Of a stretch of DNA of 64,000 bases, positions 59,232 to 64,000 are shown one piece after another (the stretch's first letter is position 1; each line of letters starts with the position of its first letter). This stretch comes from Anthoceros angustus. Its lineage: Eukaryota > Plantae > Anthocerotophyta. The translations under genes and the position numbers were made by a program. The notes under the pieces are model-generated. The model was not told the DNA's origin, searched no databases, and saw nothing but the letters and a program-made list of their open reading frames with translations. The stretch is taken from positions 1,240,001-1,304,000 of the forward strand of contig MU008169.1 of assembly GCA_010909165.1 (NCBI GenBank). Reading direction: 5' to 3'.

Positions 59232-62200
59232 ACTAGCCCAGGTTCCCGCCACTGAGATAAGCGTTCCAACCCACTGTCTCCAACTTCTCAGCCTTGGACA
59301 AAACCGTGTCCTTCATTTCCTCTTGATACCTCAACATTCTACAGAAGCCAAGTGGACACACATCAGTTGCAGCTCATCAACGGGACATTTTTTATGGGGA
59401 GGCTCTTTTGATCAACAAGACTCACCGCTCCTGCAACTTGGGATCGAGCGAACCCAGCATCCGAACAGCAAGCAGTCCTGCATTTGTTGCATTTTGTATG
59501 GCCACTGTGGCCACCGGGACTCCCCTTGGCATCTGCAAGCAAACCAAGTCAGTTAACCACCTACATTGCACCTGACTTGCTCACAACCACGTTGTTGTTA
59601 CTTACTTGCACAATTGACAACAGGGAGTCTAAGCCATCGGTTGAGGAGGCCTTGACTGGGACTCCAATCACTGGTAGTGGTGTCAGCGCAGCCACCATTC
59701 CTGCAGAAGTGTGCAGGAACAATCTCTGAGAGAAAGGTCAAAAAATGACACCCCTCTGCTGCATGGCAAATGAAAGTCTGCATAGCCAAAACCGTTCAAG
59801 TACCAGGAAGATGTGCTGCACCGCCAGCACCTGCAATGATGACTTTACGGCCACGGAGATGTGCTGTTTGTGCATACTTGACCATTCTTTCTGGGGTGCG
59901 GTGAGCTGACACGATGGTTAGCTGCAACACCAGGGCAGCAGCGGTCAGAACGATGCAGTCATGTCCTTATCGAGCATGATCTCTCCACAGCTAGCAAGTG
60001 GAAAACCAGACCAAAACAAACAGCTGTGCTATCACGGTAAAGGCAGCCAGACCTCATAAGGGATATCAAAGCTTTCGAGGATCTCTGCAGCAGCCTTCAT
60101 TACAGGCAAGTCTGAATCAGACCCCATGATTACGGAAACAAGGGGGGCAACTGCAGGGAGAACCAGGGAAAGTAATTTTACTTGAGCAAAGTGAGCCTCA
60201 GGTGCTTGACCGTGGAGAAACAGTGGCAACACAACATTCCGCAGGCTACATTCCACGAGACAGAAAACTCCTCTAACATGTGCTTACCTGGTGGTTCTGA
60301 GGGTTCAGAGAGTGAGGTGGAGGTGATGGGAATTGACCGAGTGGGGTCACCAACCACTGCATCCACTCGGCTCCTCACCACAGATGCCGATGGGCCAACA
60401 ACAGTGATATGCCCCATCTTCCGCTGTTTTCGGATCTCTGAGGGAAGAAATGGAGTGAGAATGACAAGAGAAAAAGAGTGCCACTGAAAGCAACTAGGAA
60501 TGCTCGAACTTGGAAGAAGCCATTCCAAGAGTTGCATATTCACCACTACAGACTACTACTTACCTGGTTTCTCATACCAATGGACACTTGCTCCTGGAAC
60601 TCCCACAGCTCTCCTCATCACCTGATGAGCCAAACGAAATCCTGCATCTCCCTGCACCAGAGTGAGTAGGAAGCTAAGCTACATGATCTACAAATCAAAA
60701 TGCTTCCTCTGCTGACTGCAGGGGTCAAACACAGCAGCTTTGCCGACTTTCAAAACAGAAGGAATTGAAAGTGGGAAGGACCTCATCCTCTCCAAGCAAG
60801 TTGACCATGAACGCTGCAGGTACTTTCATCGACGTGTCACCAAGTGGCAATCCTAGAATCGCACGAAGATGCTGTTCATACTGAGAGACATAACAGGCCT
60901 CTATGGTGTAGTGACCACTGTTATGAGGCCTAGGAGCAACCTCATTCAAAAGCACCTGCAGTAACCCAAATCATATCTTTCATGTTGACGTGTAGCAAAG
61001 AACGACGTGACCTGGAAGTCAATGCACATGGCTGCATCATTCCGCACAAGCACACCACGATGAGCAATATCCAGGCCAATTACCTCCCCATTAGCAAGTA
61101 AAAACAATTCGACGCCAAAGACCCCAGAACCTTCCAAAGAAGCTACTGCTCGTTGTGCAATGTCCAGAGCAGCCTCAGCAGCTGCTTGAGATATTTGCGC
61201 TGGTGCCTCTACTGTATGGCATATATTGTCTCTGAGAAACAGGGAAAGAAAACCTCAAACACGATGGGAGAACATACATACAAAAACTGAGAGGCAGAAC
61301 ATTCATAACCTGTCCAGTATTCTCAAAACGAGCATCAGCACAATGAACTCTCACCTATGTGTAGTCTCCACTACAGGAAATGAACGGATGCTCGCATCAC
61401 GACCTCTTGCAACCATTACTGCCAGCTCCTGACATATACATTGTCATATTGTCACCACAACCCTCATGGTTAAACCCATGAAAGATGAGATATCTGCCTA
61501 CAGTTAACGCTACCAGACCTTCACAAAGGGCGCCCATTTTTCTGCATAGAGTCCTCGCTCGAAGCCACCCAATGCTGCAAGACAGGAACACGGCAATCAA
61601 ACATGATGCCCGGGTTTGCTTCCTCCCACATTAAGAAGGGGGATTCGAATCTCACAATTTACAGCCTTCATTAAGTCCTCTCTTGTGCGGGCTACAGCAT
61701 TGCCCCTTCCGTCGTAAGCAAGCTTCTGACTCTTGACCATCAGAGGATATCCAAAACGAGCACCAGCTTCTTCTGCAGTCTCTATGTCGTCTATCTGTCA
61801 CAAGTCCGTCAGTCGATACCAGGCCGTCTGCAGTGCGTTTAGCAGAGCTTGAATAATGGGTGGCAAACCCCGGGCCAACATCATACAAGGTTCTGGTACG
61901 ACGCAGAATAGAAAAAATCACCTTCATGAAGGCAGGAACGGGAACTCCACGTGAACTGAAGTATTGTTTCTGCAGGTACTTGTCCTGCACCGAGATACAC
62001 AATCCTGCATCAGGCAGGCCTGAAAGCAGCTGGAAAAGGGCAAACAGGCTGTGCATAAAACAACATCGAACCTGAATCGTGCGGATGGTGAATGGCTTTG
62101 GCTCGATATCCACACCTTCGCTTGCAAGAGAGTCGAGCGTATCGACATCCACATGTTCAATCTCTACAGTCAAAGCACCACACCTGATTCACAAACCCAT

Positions 62201-62858
62201 CCAGATTTTCAGAAGCCTTCAGATGTACACAGGACATACACACAGTGGACAGAGGAAGCGTTACCGTTTTGCGAATTCTCGGACAGCATTGGTATCACGA
62301 AAGCTCCCCACAGTGTGCAGAAAGGCAATCCCACTGGCAGGGCAGTCCTCCAGGGGATCCAGTATCGCTATCTTGATCCCCATTTGGGAAGCAGCTTGAC
62401 ACAGCATGCGCCCCAGCTGCCCACCACCCAGAACGCCCACCACCGTATCGCAAAGCCCCACCACAGAAGTGCACAGATCATCACTGCCAGAGGGAGCACC
62501 CATGTCACACAATGCACCCAGCTAAACAAGCTGGGAAATCACGGAACAGCACAGGTAAACAGAATTGCCTCCTCCTGTACCATTCTGTCAGCTTTGCAGA
62601 ACCATCGGTCATGACTGCAGACCCTGAATTGTCCGCCGCAGCTGAGCAGCCCAATTCCGCAGGCTTCCGCCCACCTTCGGGCACGAGCGAGACCCTGCCT
62701 CTTCCAGACGCCCGCGTCGGCCCAGAGCATTCAAGCCTGAACGCTGACAGCCTGGTACAGCAGCAGCTCTGCAGATGCGAGAATGGACGTCCCCTGAGCC
62801 CCTCGCCCGACGACCATGCTAGCCAGTTCGCAGGGTAGGAGTGGCACAGGGCCCCCAT
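59232..62858 (-). CDS. ADE2: Phosphoribosylaminoimidazole (AIR) carboxylase, PurK-PurE fusion with transit peptide; 16 exons: 62858-62581, 62483-62265, 62183-62072, 61984-61922, 61794-61656, 61574-61519, 61428-61355, 61231-61084, 60955-60782, 60651-60564, 60437-60288, 60150-60053, 59921-59804, 59700-59606, 59532-59426, 59338-59232
   Basis: [52 protein letters not shown] (PurK); [43 protein letters not shown] (PurE); all intron phases consistent. Confidence 0.96.
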
Positions 62859-63002
62859 GTCCCGTAGCGCCGTTTGCTCTTGTCGGATGGCTCCAGAAGA
62901 TGGCTTCTAGAAGGATTTGTTCAAGCCTGTCACGACCCACATTGTTGCCGCTGCTCATAAATTCAAATCTAGGTCTCTCTTCCTTACAAGCAGCTTGAGA
63001 GC
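62859..63002. promoter_or_regulatory. Putative 144-bp bidirectional promoter / overlapping 5' leaders
   Basis: Only sequence between the divergent ATGs of AIR carboxylase (62858) and GAR synthetase (63003). Confidence 0.6.
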
Positions 63003-63815
63003 ATGGCTGCGATGGCTGCAATGGCTGCGATAGCAGCGCCCTGTGCGAATGGAGTCGACTCTCGGGAGCTGGCCTGTACGGCATTCACGCGTGCTGGCAC
63101 TGGCAGCCTCTGCTGCGCTCGTGCATTTTCCGCTCCTGGGAGGTCACTGAGCCTGAGCTTCAGGGAAGCGGTGTTGAAGGAAGATTTGGCCAGTCGAGGC
63201 CGAGTGGCTGCTGGTTGGAAAGTTGTGGAGGAAAATGCTACTCACAAGAACTCGGAGCCACTTCCAATTCGGGAGGCAAGCATGGACGATGTTGTTGTTG
63301 GAATGCTGTGTGACTCTTGTTTGGATCTTGTTGGAATCTTGTTTGAACGTTGGTTTCAGAGTTGTTGAATTTTGGAATGTCGTGGGGTGTTGTGGGCTAT
63401 CGATGAATGGCAGGCTGATGTGAGGCCAGTCCAGGGCGGTGCGGGAGGTGTGAACGTGCTTGTGATCGGCGGAGGGGGGAGGGAACATGCTCTCTGCCAT
63501 GCCCTGCGCCTGTCACGTTCCTGCAGCAATGTATTTTGTGCTCCAGGGAATGCTGGAATCTCTGCAGATGGCTGTGCTACCTGTGTGAAATGGCTTGACG
63601 GATCCAACAAGTGTGACGTACTGTCGTTCTGCGCCATGTATGGAGTAGGGTTGGTGGTTGTTGGGCCGGAGGCACCGCTTGTTACAGGCCTGGTGGATTA
63701 TCTGACGAAATACGGGATTCCCACATTCGGGCCCTCTCAAAGGGCGGCAGCACTGGAAGGTTCTAAGGACTTCATGAAGCGGATCTGTGACAAGTACGAT
63801 ATCCCTACAGCCAAG
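63003..63815 (+). CDS. purD: Phosphoribosylamine-glycine ligase (GAR synthetase), 5' part; exons 63003-63275 and 63414-63815, gene continues beyond the window
   Basis: Transit-peptide-like exon 1, then VLVIGGGGREHAL, CAPGNAG, VVVGPEAPLV.GLVD, FGPSQRAAALEGSKDFMK..YDIPTA. Confidence 0.95.
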
Positions 63816-63860
63816 GTTGTCCAACCAACACGCCAATCCTGGCACTGGAAATGTAGAGAG

Positions 63861-63996
63861 GAGATAGATTTGATGGATGTTAGTTGCTTGTATCCCTTCC
63901 CTTCCCTTCCCGTCCCTTGGAGATAGATTTGATGGATGTTAGTTGCTTGAATCCCTTCCCTTCCCATCCCTTAGAGATAGATTTGATGGATGTTAG
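63861..63996. repeat. Intronic ~54-59-bp tandem repeat in purD
   Basis: GAGATAGATTTGATGGATGTTAG..(CCCTT)n at 63861, 63920 and 63974. Confidence 0.9.
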
Positions 63997-64000
63997 ATGA

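Noticed and set aside
56655-64000. Pur-alpha as a third member of a 'pur' cluster
   Set aside because: Name coincidence: Pur-alpha is a purine-rich nucleic-acid-binding protein, not a purine biosynthesis enzyme; no sequence evidence of a functional link.
59232-64000. purK/purE/purD adjacency as a relic of a transferred bacterial pur operon
   Set aside because: Genes are divergent, intron-rich, carry transit peptides and show the eukaryotic PurK-PurE fusion order.

Overview
Eukaryotic nuclear DNA from a compact, gene-dense, intron-rich genome of a seed-free land plant; short introns, ~50% GC genes and a PGxSWW-type PLS-PPR suggest a hornwort (inference). Left to right: non-LTR retrotransposon debris and an intronless AT-rich RING-H2 ORF; a full-length Ty3/gypsy element (4311-10037, -) with non-canonical AG..CT termini and a 5-bp TSD; a 10-exon NXD1 gene (-) that the ORF track does not show as a single ORF; a 1245-aa PLS-E PPR gene (+) followed by a fossil DYW domain; PP4R3/SMEK (+); an ICU11/CP2-like 2OG dioxygenase (-); repeat-rich spacer; LIP5/VTA1 (-); a >4,160-aa cell-surface protein with ~26 filamin/Ig-like repeats plus a REJ module (+, one exon of 10.9 kb); a duplicated and decayed secreted-protein module; Pur-alpha (+); and two de novo purine biosynthesis genes, AIR carboxylase (PurK-PurE fusion, -) and GAR synthetase (PurD, +, cut off by the window end), head-to-head with only 144 bp between start codons. 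Exon boundaries were read by hand from splice consensus plus protein-family similarity recalled from memory; no searches were run.
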